Shown: positions 15,377 through 23,452, numbered from the stretch's first letter. The stretch: 34,917 bases of DNA from a bacterium (GCA_030452455.1 JAKDMF010000001.1:1-34917); one strand, 5' to 3'. The notes: a model not told the origin generated them from the sequence alone. Made by a program: numbers and translations.

Positions 15377-15404
15377 AGCCACCCCTTAGAGGGGTGGCTT
15401 TGTC
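15377..15404. terminator. Bidirectional rho-independent terminator between gap and the minus-strand membrane ORF
   Basis: A perfect 10-bp GC-rich stem agccacccct (15377-15386) / aggggtggct (15390-15399) has a 3-nt loop. T-rich flanks lie on both strands (ttgtct downstream; atttaattt on the minus strand). Confidence 0.7.
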
Positions 15405-15405
15405 T

Positions 15406-15720
15406 CTAGACGTAGGTGTTTTTCCAGTATCTTGATTGATTGCCATAGGCAAGTAAAACCACAGATATCGAACAGAGCAAGGCGGAGAAGGCCAGATATG
15501 AAAGCACGACTGATTTATCAAAAGTGCCAGCTATACCGGTCGATGATGTATAAGCTATGCAGACGGGTATGTTGATGGCAACCCAGCCGATAGCAAGCCT
15601 TGAAATAGTGCTGAAAACGGACACGGCTTTATACTGTGGTTTGGATAGTCTACGCATGTAGACTAAGCAGTAAAGCAGTGTCGGCAGGTTTAGCAGTATT
15701 ACTATGAGTGCAGACTGCAT
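15406..15720 (-). CDS. Small integral membrane protein (about 3 TM), unknown function
   Basis: 104-aa hydrophobic ORF. The strong SD AGGAGGG (reverse complement of 15724-15730) lies directly upstream of the ATG, and the terminator lies directly downstream. Confidence 0.5.
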   Translation of the reverse strand: MQSALIVILLNLPTLLYCLVYMRRLSKPQYKAVSVFSTISRLAIGWVAINIPVCIAYTSSTGIAGTFDKSVVLSYLAFSALLCSISVVLLAYGNQSRYWKNTYV

Positions 15721-15728
15721 CAGCCCTC

Positions 15729-15830
15729 CTATTTCGTGTTCGAATTCTTGCCGCGATGACCGGTTCTTACGACGAAGCGGCTGGCTATCAGGGCGAGAAG
15801 TACAACCAAAACATCACTCAGAAATTTCAT
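15729..15830 (-). CDS. Candidate 33-aa hydrophobic micro-protein (MKFLSDVLVVLLALIASRFVVRTGHRGKNSNTK)
   Basis: Found by hand; it falls below the ORF-track cutoff. An AAGGA SD sits 7 nt upstream of the ATG at 15830. It has one TM helix and a basic tail. Its stop TAG overlaps the SD of the 104-aa ORF. Confidence 0.3.
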   Translation of the reverse strand: MKFLSDVLVVLLALIASRFVVRTGHRGKNSNTK

Positions 15831-15887
15831 TTTCGATCCTTACGTAGAGGTGCGTGTTGTGTTACGATCTTGTAACAAACCTCTATT

Positions 15888-15916
15888 ACAATATAAGAAA
15901 TATAAGCATAAGTCAA
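15888..15916 (-). promoter_or_regulatory. Candidate sigma70 promoter TTGACT-17 nt-TATTGT on the minus strand for the micro-protein/membrane ORF pair
   Basis: The reverse complement of 15911-15916 is TTGACT and that of 15888-15893 is TATTGT, with a 17-nt spacer. It sits just downstream of the lipoprotein-gene terminator. Confidence 0.4.
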
Positions 15917-15933
15917 GTTTTGGGCATGAAAAT

Positions 15934-15956
15934 GGCGGGGTCTTGGCGACCCCGCC
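15934..15956 (-). terminator. Rho-independent terminator of the lipoprotein gene
   Basis: A 9-bp GC-rich stem ggcggggtc (15934-15942) / gaccccgcc (15948-15956) has a 5-nt loop. On the minus strand it is followed by ATTTTC. Confidence 0.65.
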
Positions 15957-15972
15957 GTGGTACTACAGGCAG

Positions 15973-16785
15973 CTATTTGCCATCATCACCATAAAAAACC
16001 GTGAAGGCATCTTGTGGTGTTAGGTTGTGATAGAGCCTACCGTTACCACCATCCGGTGGCTGCTTGTAGAAGCAGAAGTCCGACGTCAGGTCGCCGTCCA
16101 TACCGTACCTAGTGACTGTCTCTAGCGACGGTACGAATGCCACATAGGCATAGCCATCAGCGTCAGTTACCATATACTCCACCACACCATGTCTGGTGTA
16201 GTCTTTTGAGTAATCGACATCAACATCAGAGAACAAATCGGAGTCATAGGCAAGTTGAAGCTCAGCCTGGCTGATGCTCATCTTGGCATAGGAAACGAGC
16301 GTGTAACCCATTTCCTCTAATGCCTCGCGATTTTTTCTGTCCGATGGTTCTTGTCGAGCCAGGAACCTGGGATCAAGCGAGTCAGGTACCCAGTAGTAAT
16401 CAGGTTCGATAACTAAGAGTTCGGACTCTGCCACTTGACCATAGGTATAGACAGTGAACAGACCTTGATTGTAGTTCTCGAGAGTTTGACCGTAGTTGTC
16501 GTCGAAGCTGCCTTCGGCCGAATCAATTGTCGGTGACTCAGTTGGCTCCGTTAACCATTCCGGTGACTCCTCGGGTTCGGAACTAGCCGGGCTAGGTGTG
16601 CTAGTGTCGACTGCGTCTGGAGATTGACTCTCCGGGCGGGTAGTTTTGGCGCTAGTAACGCAGCCGCTCAACACGAGCGCTAGGCAAGCTGCAATCGCAA
16701 TAACCAGACTGGCTAGTCGGATAGCGGACTTTGGTACGGAATTCATATTCATATCAATAACCACTCTCTGTAGGGTGCTTTGCAT
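15973..16785 (-). CDS. Acidic secreted lipoprotein, unknown function
   Basis: 270-aa ORF with a signal peptide and lipobox (LALVLSGC). A low-complexity S/P/E/T linker follows, then a D/E/Y-rich ~180-aa domain I do not recognise. The true start may be the internal Met at 16752. Confidence 0.6.
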   Translation of the reverse strand: MQSTLQRVVIDMNMNSVPKSAIRLASLVIAIAACLALVLSGCVTSAKTTRPESQSPDAVDTSTPSPASSEPEESPEWLTEPTESPTIDSAEGSFDDNYGQTLENYNQGLFTVYTYGQVAESELLVIEPDYYWVPDSLDPRFLARQEPSDRKNREALEEMGYTLVSYAKMSISQAELQLAYDSDLFSDVDVDYSKDYTRHGVVEYMVTDADGYAYVAFVPSLETVTRYGMDGDLTSDFCFYKQPPDGGNGRLYHNLTPQDAFTVFYGDDGK

Positions 16786-16896
16786 CGCAGTTTATTACAG
16801 ATACAATTATTGAATAATATACTATAAAAATGCTAAAAAGTCAATGTATGATGGGCTTTGTGGGTCCTATGTCTTTACAGCCATCAACATACCGCT

Positions 16897-16902
16897 TATA
16901 CT
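16897..16902 (+). promoter_or_regulatory. -10 box TATACT 6 nt upstream of the rpiB ATG (leaderless configuration)
   Basis: TATACT lies at 16897-16902, the spacer tggggt at 16903-16908 and the ATG at 16909. Confidence 0.4.
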
Positions 16903-16908
16903 TGGGGT

Positions 16909-17358
16909 ATGAAGATATACTTAGGGGCTGATCATCGCGGATTTGCTATGAAAAACGATATGTTTGCCTACCTTGCCAAACGCGGCCACGAGGTCGAAGA
17001 TATTAGTGGTAAAGAGCTAGACCCGGCTGATGATTTCCCGGAGTTTGCTCAACTAGCAGCTCTCAAGGTTATCGGCGATACCGACAAAGATCCACGAGCA
17101 ATTCTAATCTGCGGTGGTGGCCAGGGGATGGCGATGGCGGCTAACCGATTTCGGGGCATCAGAGCCAGCGTCATCTGGGACTCTTATGAAGCCAAGATGA
17201 CCCGTAATGACAACGATAGCAATATTCTATGTCTGCCAGCCCGTGTCTTAGAAGACGACAATGTTATCTGGCAAGACATCGTCGAGACTTGGCTGAAGTC
17301 TCCATTTGCCGATGCTCCGAGATATAAACGACGTAACGAGCAGATTGATAGGTTATAG
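16909..17358 (+). CDS. rpiB: Ribose-5-phosphate isomerase B
   Basis: Homology begins at MKIYLGADHRGF, and ICGGGQGMAMAANR is also present. The 17 codons upstream in the ORF track (16858-16908) look non-native. This gives a 149-aa product. Confidence 0.88.
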   Translation: MKIYLGADHRGFAMKNDMFAYLAKRGHEVEDISGKELDPADDFPEFAQLAALKVIGDTDKDPRAILICGGGQGMAMAANRFRGIRASVIWDSYEAKMTRNDNDSNILCLPARVLEDDNVIWQDIVETWLKSPFADAPRYKRRNEQIDRL

Positions 17359-17360
17359 AT

Positions 17361-18005
17361 ATGGCAGAAATAGTTCCGACAATTTTATCGGAGACACCTG
17401 ATGACTATAAGCTTCAGGTCCAGAAGATCCACCCGTTCGCTCGGCGGGTTCATATTGATATAACCGATGGCGATTTCGCCCCTAGTTTCACGATTAATTC
17501 ATCGCAAATATGGTGGCCCGAGGAGTGGGTAATCGACATTCACGCCATGGTAGCTAATCCAGAGCAGTACGTCGACAAGCTAATTGCCCTCAAGCCGAGC
17601 CTAATTGTCTTCCATGCTGAGTCCAGCCAGAACCTGTTGTCGGTTCTTCAAAAAATCAAGCAGCAAAATATATCAGCTGGCGTAGCGCTACTTCGCTCAA
17701 CCGTACCGGCCGACGTAGCCGACCTGATAAAAGTAGCTGATCACGTCATGATCTTCAGCGGCGACCTTGGCAAGTACGGTGGGAAGGCTAGTATGATGCA
17801 GCTCGAGAAGGTTCGGCTGATTAAAAATATCAACGAATCAGTCGAGATCGGCTGGGACGGCGGCGTTAATATCGAGAACGCCTTTACTCTCTCTCAAGGT
17901 GGCATCGATGTGCTGAATACCGGCGGTGCCATCCAAAAGGCAGCCGATTCCAAGGCTGTTTACGATGAACTGGTCAAAGAAATTAATAAGCGTGGAGTGA
18001 TATAA
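17361..18005 (+). CDS. rpe: Ribulose-phosphate 3-epimerase family protein (divergent)
   Basis: 214 aa with a TIM-barrel Rpe-like pattern: IVPTILS, HIDITDGDFAP, DIHAMV, FSGDLGKYGG, IGWDGGV. The canonical NPGFGGQ loop is altered. Confidence 0.7.
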   Translation: MAEIVPTILSETPDDYKLQVQKIHPFARRVHIDITDGDFAPSFTINSSQIWWPEEWVIDIHAMVANPEQYVDKLIALKPSLIVFHAESSQNLLSVLQKIKQQNISAGVALLRSTVPADVADLIKVADHVMIFSGDLGKYGGKASMMQLEKVRLIKNINESVEIGWDGGVNIENAFTLSQGGIDVLNTGGAIQKAADSKAVYDELVKEINKRGVI

Positions 18006-18869
18006 ATGAGTGGTCAATTAACCGTATCTCAGCTCAATGAGAAAGCAAACAAAATACGACAAGATATTATAAGGATGCTTGAAAATGCCGGTAGCGGTCA
18101 CAGTGCTGGGCCACTTGGGCTGGCCGACGTACTGACGGCTCTCTATTTTAATATTATGAATTTTCGAGCTAGTCAGCCAGAGTGGCCGGAGCGAGATGTT
18201 TTCTTCCTGTCTAACGGACATACTGTACCAGTTCAATATGCGGCGATGGCCGAGGCTGGCTTTTTTGAAGTCGATGAGCTGATGACGTTGCGTAAGTTTG
18301 GTAGTCGACTGCAGGGTCATCCGGAGCGCGAGCTATTACCAGGCCTCGAGAATACTAGTGGCCCACTTGGTAGTGGTTTGAGCCAGGCGGCTGGTTATGC
18401 CTACAGCTTGCAGTATCTTGATGACCAAAAGCACCGTTTCGTCTACTGCGTAACTGGTGATGGTGAGCTAAACGAGGGCAACATCTGGGAAGCAGCCATG
18501 TTTGCTGGTAAGTACAAGCTATCTCAACTGGTCGTCTTTGTCGATCGAAATAATATCCAAATTGATGGTACGACCGAGGACATCATGCCACTGGAAGACC
18601 TGCGCGGGAAGTGGGAGAGCTTTGGCTGGCACGTTCAGGAAATCGATGGCCATAATATCGAAAGCATTATCGACGCGGCAAGTATGGCCCGAGCCATTAC
18701 TAATAAACCGAGTGTCGTCATAACCCACACTATCCCGGGTAAGGGTGTCGACTTTATGGAGTATGACTATAAGTGGCACGGCGCGCCGCCTAATACTGAG
18801 CAAGCTCGTGAAGCTCTCAAAAAGCTCCGAACTCTCAACGGAAAAATAACATCAGGAGACGAAGCCTAA
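18006..18869 (+). CDS. Transketolase, N-terminal (thiamine-diphosphate-binding) subunit
   Basis: 287 aa with GSGHSAGPLG, GDGELNEGNIWEA and HTIPGKG. Its stop overlaps the next start (TAATG at 18867-18871). Confidence 0.92.
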   Translation: MSGQLTVSQLNEKANKIRQDIIRMLENAGSGHSAGPLGLADVLTALYFNIMNFRASQPEWPERDVFFLSNGHTVPVQYAAMAEAGFFEVDELMTLRKFGSRLQGHPERELLPGLENTSGPLGSGLSQAAGYAYSLQYLDDQKHRFVYCVTGDGELNEGNIWEAAMFAGKYKLSQLVVFVDRNNIQIDGTTEDIMPLEDLRGKWESFGWHVQEIDGHNIESIIDAASMARAITNKPSVVITHTIPGKGVDFMEYDYKWHGAPPNTEQAREALKKLRTLNGKITSGDEA

Positions 18870-19864
18870 TGACATACCATTTGCAAGATAATCTATTTGA
18901 TGAGGACGTTGCCCAGGAGCCGATTCGATCTGGTTTTGGCCGAGGCCTAAAAGCGGCTGGCGGCGACAATGAATCAATCGTGGCTCTCTGCGCCGATCTA
19001 ACTGACAGTACTAAAATGGGTGATTTCGCTGAAGCTTACCCGGAGCGATTTATCGAAATCGGTGTGGCTGAGCAAAACTTGGTCACGGTGGCTAGTGGGC
19101 TAGCTCGAGCTGGCAAAATACCATTCACATCAAGCTACGCCGCCTTTAGCCCGGGCCGTAACTGGGAACAAATCCGGACGACGATCGCTCTGAACAATCA
19201 GCCGGTCAAAGTCATCGGTAGCCACGCTGGTGTCAGTGTTGGTCCTGACGGCGCCACTCACCAGATGCTAGAAGATATCGCTCTAATGCGTGTCCTGCCG
19301 AACATGGTTGTTATCGCCCCGGGCGACTCAGTTGAGGCCGAGAAGGCCACTCGGGCCATAGCGACTAATGACAAGCCAAGCTATATGCGCCTGGCGCGTG
19401 AAAAGACACCAATATTTAGCACGGACGAATCGCCCTTTGAAATCGGCCAGGCCTATGTTCTAAAAGAGGGCTCTGATATCTCTCTTCTCGGTACCGGCAC
19501 GATGTCTTACCAGCTACTTGTCGCCGCGCGGCTACTAGTGGAGCGTGGTATATCGGCTGAGGTGATTCATGTTCCGACGATTAAGCCCATCGATGAAACG
19601 ACTATTATGACGAGCGTTCAAAAAACTGGCCGCGTCCTGACGGCTGAAGAAGCGCAGGCGGCCGGTGGTTTCGGCAGCGCTGTAGCCGAGGTTCTGAGCG
19701 AGAAAATGCCAGTCCCGATTCTACGCGTCGGCATGCAAGACCGGTTCGGCGAAAGTGGCGAGCCCGACCAGCTGCTAAAGGAGTTCGGTCTAACCGGTGA
19801 GGCTATCGCTGAAAAAGCCTATGACTTTGTTAAAAAAGTTCCTCGCTATAAAAAAGGCTACTAA
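18869..19864 (+). CDS. Transketolase, C-terminal (pyrimidine-binding) subunit
   Basis: 331 aa with FIEIGVAEQNLV, SHAGVSVGPDGATHQ and MRVLPNM. It is translationally coupled to the N-terminal subunit. Confidence 0.92.
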   Translation: MTYHLQDNLFDEDVAQEPIRSGFGRGLKAAGGDNESIVALCADLTDSTKMGDFAEAYPERFIEIGVAEQNLVTVASGLARAGKIPFTSSYAAFSPGRNWEQIRTTIALNNQPVKVIGSHAGVSVGPDGATHQMLEDIALMRVLPNMVVIAPGDSVEAEKATRAIATNDKPSYMRLAREKTPIFSTDESPFEIGQAYVLKEGSDISLLGTGTMSYQLLVAARLLVERGISAEVIHVPTIKPIDETTIMTSVQKTGRVLTAEEAQAAGGFGSAVAEVLSEKMPVPILRVGMQDRFGESGEPDQLLKEFGLTGEAIAEKAYDFVKKVPRYKKGY

Positions 19865-19903
19865 CCGATATAAATTTAGTGCAGTATGAATAAATAACAC
19901 AAG

Positions 19904-19912
19904 TGTTATACT
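19904..19912 (+). promoter_or_regulatory. Extended -10 box TGTTATACT upstream of fba
   Basis: TGTTATACT lies at 19904-19912 and overlaps a short palindrome, ataacac aa gtgttat. SD GGGGG lies at 19938-19942 before the GTG at 19947. Confidence 0.4.
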
Positions 19913-19946
19913 AGTTCTAGTAACCATAATTAACATAGGGGGATTT

Positions 19947-20858
19947 GTGGGCCTTACAATAAGACAAATACGAGATAATACAACACACGCAAGGCATTTA
20001 TACCAGCGGACACGGCGGCAGCATTTTGCGGTTGGCGCCTTTAATATAGATAACCAGGAGACTTTGATTGCTATCGCTCGGGCGGCTCAAAAATTGAACT
20101 CTCCAGTTCTTGTTGAGGTTAGCTCCGGTGAAGCCGAGGCTATGGGTATCGAGAACGTCCGCGACATGGTTGATAACTACAAAAAAGAATACGGTATCGA
20201 AATGTACATCAACCTTGACCACAGTCCAAGTGTTGAGGAGTGTAAGCGAGCGATCGACGCCGGTTACGAATTCATCCATATCGATATCTCTCAGGCCGAT
20301 CACGACGCATCTGAGGAGGAAATCATAGCTAAGACCAAAGAAGTGGTTGACTACGCTAAATTCACCGGCGCTCTAGTCGAGAGTGAGCCTCACTATTTCG
20401 GCGGCAGCTCTAATGTTCATGACACAGCTATCGACTACGAAGCTATCAAAAAGACTTTCTCGACACCTGAGGGTGCTAAGTCATTTGTCGAAGCCACTGG
20501 AGTTGATACCTTTGCCGCTGCTATCGGTAACTTGCACGGTAAGTATCCAGTTCCAAAGCAGCTTGACTTAGACTTGCTGCAGACAATCCGAGATTCGATC
20601 GATTGCCAGATATCGCTTCATGGTGGTTCAGGCACGCCGCTTCACTTCTTTGAAGACGCCGCTAAAATTGGTGTCAGCAAAGTCAATATCAATAGTGACA
20701 TGCGCTACGTCTTCCGCAAGACTCTCGAAAAGGTCCTAGCTGAAAACCCGGACGAATACGCAGTCGTCAAGCTAATGCCGCAGGTCTACAAGGCTGTTCA
20801 GGAAGTGGTTGAAGAAAAGATTAAGGCCTTCGGTAGTGCTGACAAGGCGGTCGTGTAA
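19947..20858 (+). CDS. fba: Class II fructose-bisphosphate aldolase
   Basis: 303 aa with a GTG start. FAVGAFNI, INLDHS, AAAIGNLHG and SLHGGSG are typical of class II FBA/tagatose-bisphosphate aldolase. Confidence 0.88.
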   Translation: MGLTIRQIRDNTTHARHLYQRTRRQHFAVGAFNIDNQETLIAIARAAQKLNSPVLVEVSSGEAEAMGIENVRDMVDNYKKEYGIEMYINLDHSPSVEECKRAIDAGYEFIHIDISQADHDASEEEIIAKTKEVVDYAKFTGALVESEPHYFGGSSNVHDTAIDYEAIKKTFSTPEGAKSFVEATGVDTFAAAIGNLHGKYPVPKQLDLDLLQTIRDSIDCQISLHGGSGTPLHFFEDAAKIGVSKVNINSDMRYVFRKTLEKVLAENPDEYAVVKLMPQVYKAVQEVVEEKIKAFGSADKAVV

Positions 20859-20860
20859 GC

Positions 20861-21826
20861 ATGACTCGTATTATGTCCATCGGTGCGGCTGTCCAAGATG
20901 TTTTCCTGAGTAGCAGTGACGAGTTTAAACCAGTAAGCGATAAAAAGTCCGACGAACTATTCATGCGGCTTGATCTTGGCGCCAAAGCTGATGTCAATAA
21001 GATCAACTTCAGCACCGGCGGCGGTGCAACTAACGCGGCGGTCACTTTTGCCCGTCAAGGTATCGACGCTGTATTTAACGGTACAATCGCCCACGACCCA
21101 GCCGGTCAGGCAGTGCTGGATGATCTGGACCGTGAAAACGTTGATACATCTCACGTTAGTTATACCGACAAGTACAACACCGGTTATTCGGTGCTGCTGC
21201 TAGCGCCCAGCGGCGAGCGAACGATCTTAACTTACCGCGGTGCTTCGACACATTACGATGCTAAAGATTTTGACCTCGACCGCCAAGATCTAGACTGGAT
21301 CTACGTATCTAGTATGGCCGGTAGTATGGAAGCTCTCGATAAAATACTAGCCCAGGCTAAAGAGCTTGGTATTAAGGTCTTCTTTAACCCCGGTAAAGGC
21401 GAGCTCAAGCAGCTTGATAAGTTAAAAGCCCTATTGGACGACGTGACTGTCTTGTCAGTTAACAAGGAAGAGGCTCAGCAGATGGTGGGCGGCGAGACAC
21501 TGGAGGAATTGGCTCGTCACGCTCTTAACTACGTCGACACTGTCATCATCAGCGACGGTCCAAACGGTGTCCTAGCTAGCGACGGCAAGACGATTGTGCG
21601 CGCTGGCATGTATGAAGATGTCCCGGTTATTGATCGGACTGGCGCCGGTGATGCTTTTGGCTCTGGCTTTTTGAGTCAGTGGTCACAGGGTAAATCACTC
21701 AAGGAATCAGTCGTGTTCGCTAGCGCCAACTCGACATCTGTCGTTACAAAAATCGGCGCTAAAGCCGGTATTTTGGGTAAAGGTGTGCAGCTGCACGATA
21801 TGCCACTGCAGGAGAAGGACTTCTAA
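20861..21826 (+). CDS. PfkB/ribokinase-family sugar(-phosphate) kinase
   Basis: 321 aa with GGGATNAA near the N-terminus and the PfkB signature DRTGAGDAFGSGF near the C-terminus. Confidence 0.85.
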   Translation: MTRIMSIGAAVQDVFLSSSDEFKPVSDKKSDELFMRLDLGAKADVNKINFSTGGGATNAAVTFARQGIDAVFNGTIAHDPAGQAVLDDLDRENVDTSHVSYTDKYNTGYSVLLLAPSGERTILTYRGASTHYDAKDFDLDRQDLDWIYVSSMAGSMEALDKILAQAKELGIKVFFNPGKGELKQLDKLKALLDDVTVLSVNKEEAQQMVGGETLEELARHALNYVDTVIISDGPNGVLASDGKTIVRAGMYEDVPVIDRTGAGDAFGSGFLSQWSQGKSLKESVVFASANSTSVVTKIGAKAGILGKGVQLHDMPLQEKDF

Positions 21827-23353
21827 GTGTCACACTTTTTGAAACGAGTCCTGCAGGCCGATTCGCCGCTGTTTCGGACCAATCTTTCGCTTCTCGAAAA
21901 GATTACTGGCAACAGTGGTATTGATGTTCGTATCATCGCCGATGTAACCCATGCGGCCCATCGAGTCATGCGTCGGCTAAACCTTGACCCAGCTGATACA
22001 ACGGCGCGGGAACTGTACATGACACTCAATAGCACCGTCCATAGCGGACTAGCCGAAGAAGTGCTGATTAATACCGACTATGTCGTTTATTCTATCGACG
22101 GCTACCCAATTTCGTTCAACATGATTGATATTATCGAAAACGTACACCACGACCTGTCGTTTGACAGCCGTTCACTGACTCGTGGTCAGCGGAGCTTGAA
22201 AGGCGAGATAGTAACTCGCTATATCGAGCATGATAATACAGATGACAAGACAACCAAACAACTAGCTCAAGAAGCTGGATTATTAAATAAAGGAGACATT
22301 ATGTCAGATCAACCAATTAGTCAAACTGCCTCAAACGAGAGCGACGTACCATACGTGCTAGCTGTCGGCGATATTATTTCCGATGCCTTCATAAAATTAT
22401 CCGAGGACCACGCCAAAGTGGAAACTGATGAGCAGGGCTACGAACGAGTTAGCTTCGAACTCGGCGCTAAGTTGCCATACGACGAAGTTGAGATTGTCAA
22501 AGCCGTCGAATGTAGTCCGAACGCAGCCGTTTCGATGACTCGACTCGGTCTTAAAACCAGCTTAGTATCATGGATCGGTGATGATGAAACCGGTGATGAG
22601 ATGATTAAGTATCTGGACGAACAACGAGTTGGCACCAGCGACATCGTGGTTGAAGCCGGTAAAAAATCCAACTACCACTATGTGCTTCGTTACGGGGCTG
22701 ACCGGACTAAGCTACAGAAGTTTGAGGACTATGAATATAAATGGCGTGAACCAGCCACTAAGCCAGACTGGCTCTACCTTGGTGTACTAGGTGAGAAAAC
22801 CTGGCCACTGCACGAGAGCATTATGGAATATCTGAAAGCTAATCCGGATATCAAACTCTGCTTCCAGCCGGGCATGTACCACTTAATGTGGGGTTCTGCC
22901 AAACTAGCCGAGTTCTACAAACGCGCTGAAATCGTCATCATGAACCGGGAAGAAGCAGCTCAGGTGACAGAGCGAAGCCGTGAAGATGTAGCCGGATTGA
23001 TCGAAGGACTTCATGAAATGGGTGTAACTGTGGCTGTCGTAACAGACGGTCCATCAGGTGCTTACGCCTCGACTGCCGATGAAGAGGTTCTATTCATGCC
23101 AAACTATCCAGATCCACAGAAGCCGTATGACCGAACTGGTGCTGGCGACGCTTTCGCATCAACTATTACAGCGGCACTAGCGCTCGGTGAGACGCTAGAA
23201 ACAGCCCTTACCTGGGCACCGATTAACAGTATGCACGTTGTCCAGAAGATGGGCGCACAGGCTGGTCTGTTGTCGCACGATGAGATATTGGCGTACCTAG
23301 CTGATGCACCAGACTGGTATCACACTACACCGCTCAGTGAAAAGCAAGACTAG
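21827..23353 (+). CDS. PfkB-family kinase fused to an unknown ~158-aa N-terminal domain
   Basis: 508-aa ORF with a GTG start immediately after the previous stop, preceded by SD AGGAGAAGG. The C-terminal ~350 aa is a PfkB kinase (DRTGAGDAFASTI). The N-terminal 158 codons have no stop and no recognisable motif. An internal AGGAG (22291-22295) and in-frame ATG (22301) sit at the domain boundary. Confidence 0.7.
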   Translation: MSHFLKRVLQADSPLFRTNLSLLEKITGNSGIDVRIIADVTHAAHRVMRRLNLDPADTTARELYMTLNSTVHSGLAEEVLINTDYVVYSIDGYPISFNMIDIIENVHHDLSFDSRSLTRGQRSLKGEIVTRYIEHDNTDDKTTKQLAQEAGLLNKGDIMSDQPISQTASNESDVPYVLAVGDIISDAFIKLSEDHAKVETDEQGYERVSFELGAKLPYDEVEIVKAVECSPNAAVSMTRLGLKTSLVSWIGDDETGDEMIKYLDEQRVGTSDIVVEAGKKSNYHYVLRYGADRTKLQKFEDYEYKWREPATKPDWLYLGVLGEKTWPLHESIMEYLKANPDIKLCFQPGMYHLMWGSAKLAEFYKRAEIVIMNREEAAQVTERSREDVAGLIEGLHEMGVTVAVVTDGPSGAYASTADEEVLFMPNYPDPQKPYDRTGAGDAFASTITAALALGETLETALTWAPINSMHVVQKMGAQAGLLSHDEILAYLADAPDWYHTTPLSEKQD

Positions 23354-23376
23354 AGTTACTCAGTAGATCCAAACAG

Positions 23377-23405
23377 CGCCCGGCGTCAATCGCTCGGGCG
23401 TTTTT
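23377..23405 (+). terminator. Rho-independent terminator ending the sugar-phosphate gene block
   Basis: The bulged GC-rich hairpin cgcccggcg tcaat cgctcgggcg occupies 23377-23400 and is followed by TTTTT at 23401-23405. Confidence 0.7.
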
Positions 23406-23437
23406 GGGCTAGGGGTCAAGCCGACACCAGCCATAGG

Positions 23438-23446
23438 TGATATAAT
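23438..23446 (+). promoter_or_regulatory. Extended -10 box TGATATAAT, 6 nt upstream of the uvrB ATG (leaderless configuration)
   Basis: TGATATAAT lies at 23438-23446, with tandem ATGs at 23450 and 23453 and no SD. Confidence 0.55.
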
Positions 23447-23452
23447 CATATG

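Noticed and set aside
15309-15521. A 70-aa minus-strand ORF spanning the gap 3' end and the terminator.
   Set aside because: It overlaps the gap coding end, runs through the 10-bp terminator hairpin and competes with the better-supported 104-aa membrane ORF, which has a strong SD.
16807-16819. An AT-rich palindrome ATTATTGAATAAT in the divergent lipoprotein/rpiB intergenic region.
   Set aside because: It is short and very AT-rich, and such palindromes are expected by chance in AT-rich promoter DNA. There is no second copy in the window.
16858-16908. A 17-codon N-terminal extension of rpiB in the ORF track (MWVLCLYSHQHTAYTWG).
   Set aside because: RpiB homology starts exactly at MKIYLGADHRGF (16909). 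A -10 box at 16897-16902 would lie inside the extension. The extension also begins with a non-ATG codon.
21827-22300. The idea that the region upstream of the internal ATG at 22301 is just a long 5' leader, or a separate gene, rather than part of the kinase ORF.
   Set aside because: The frame is open for 158 codons with no stop, which is very unlikely for non-coding DNA. There is also no stop separating it from the kinase domain. I therefore kept it as a fusion and flagged the internal start as a finding.
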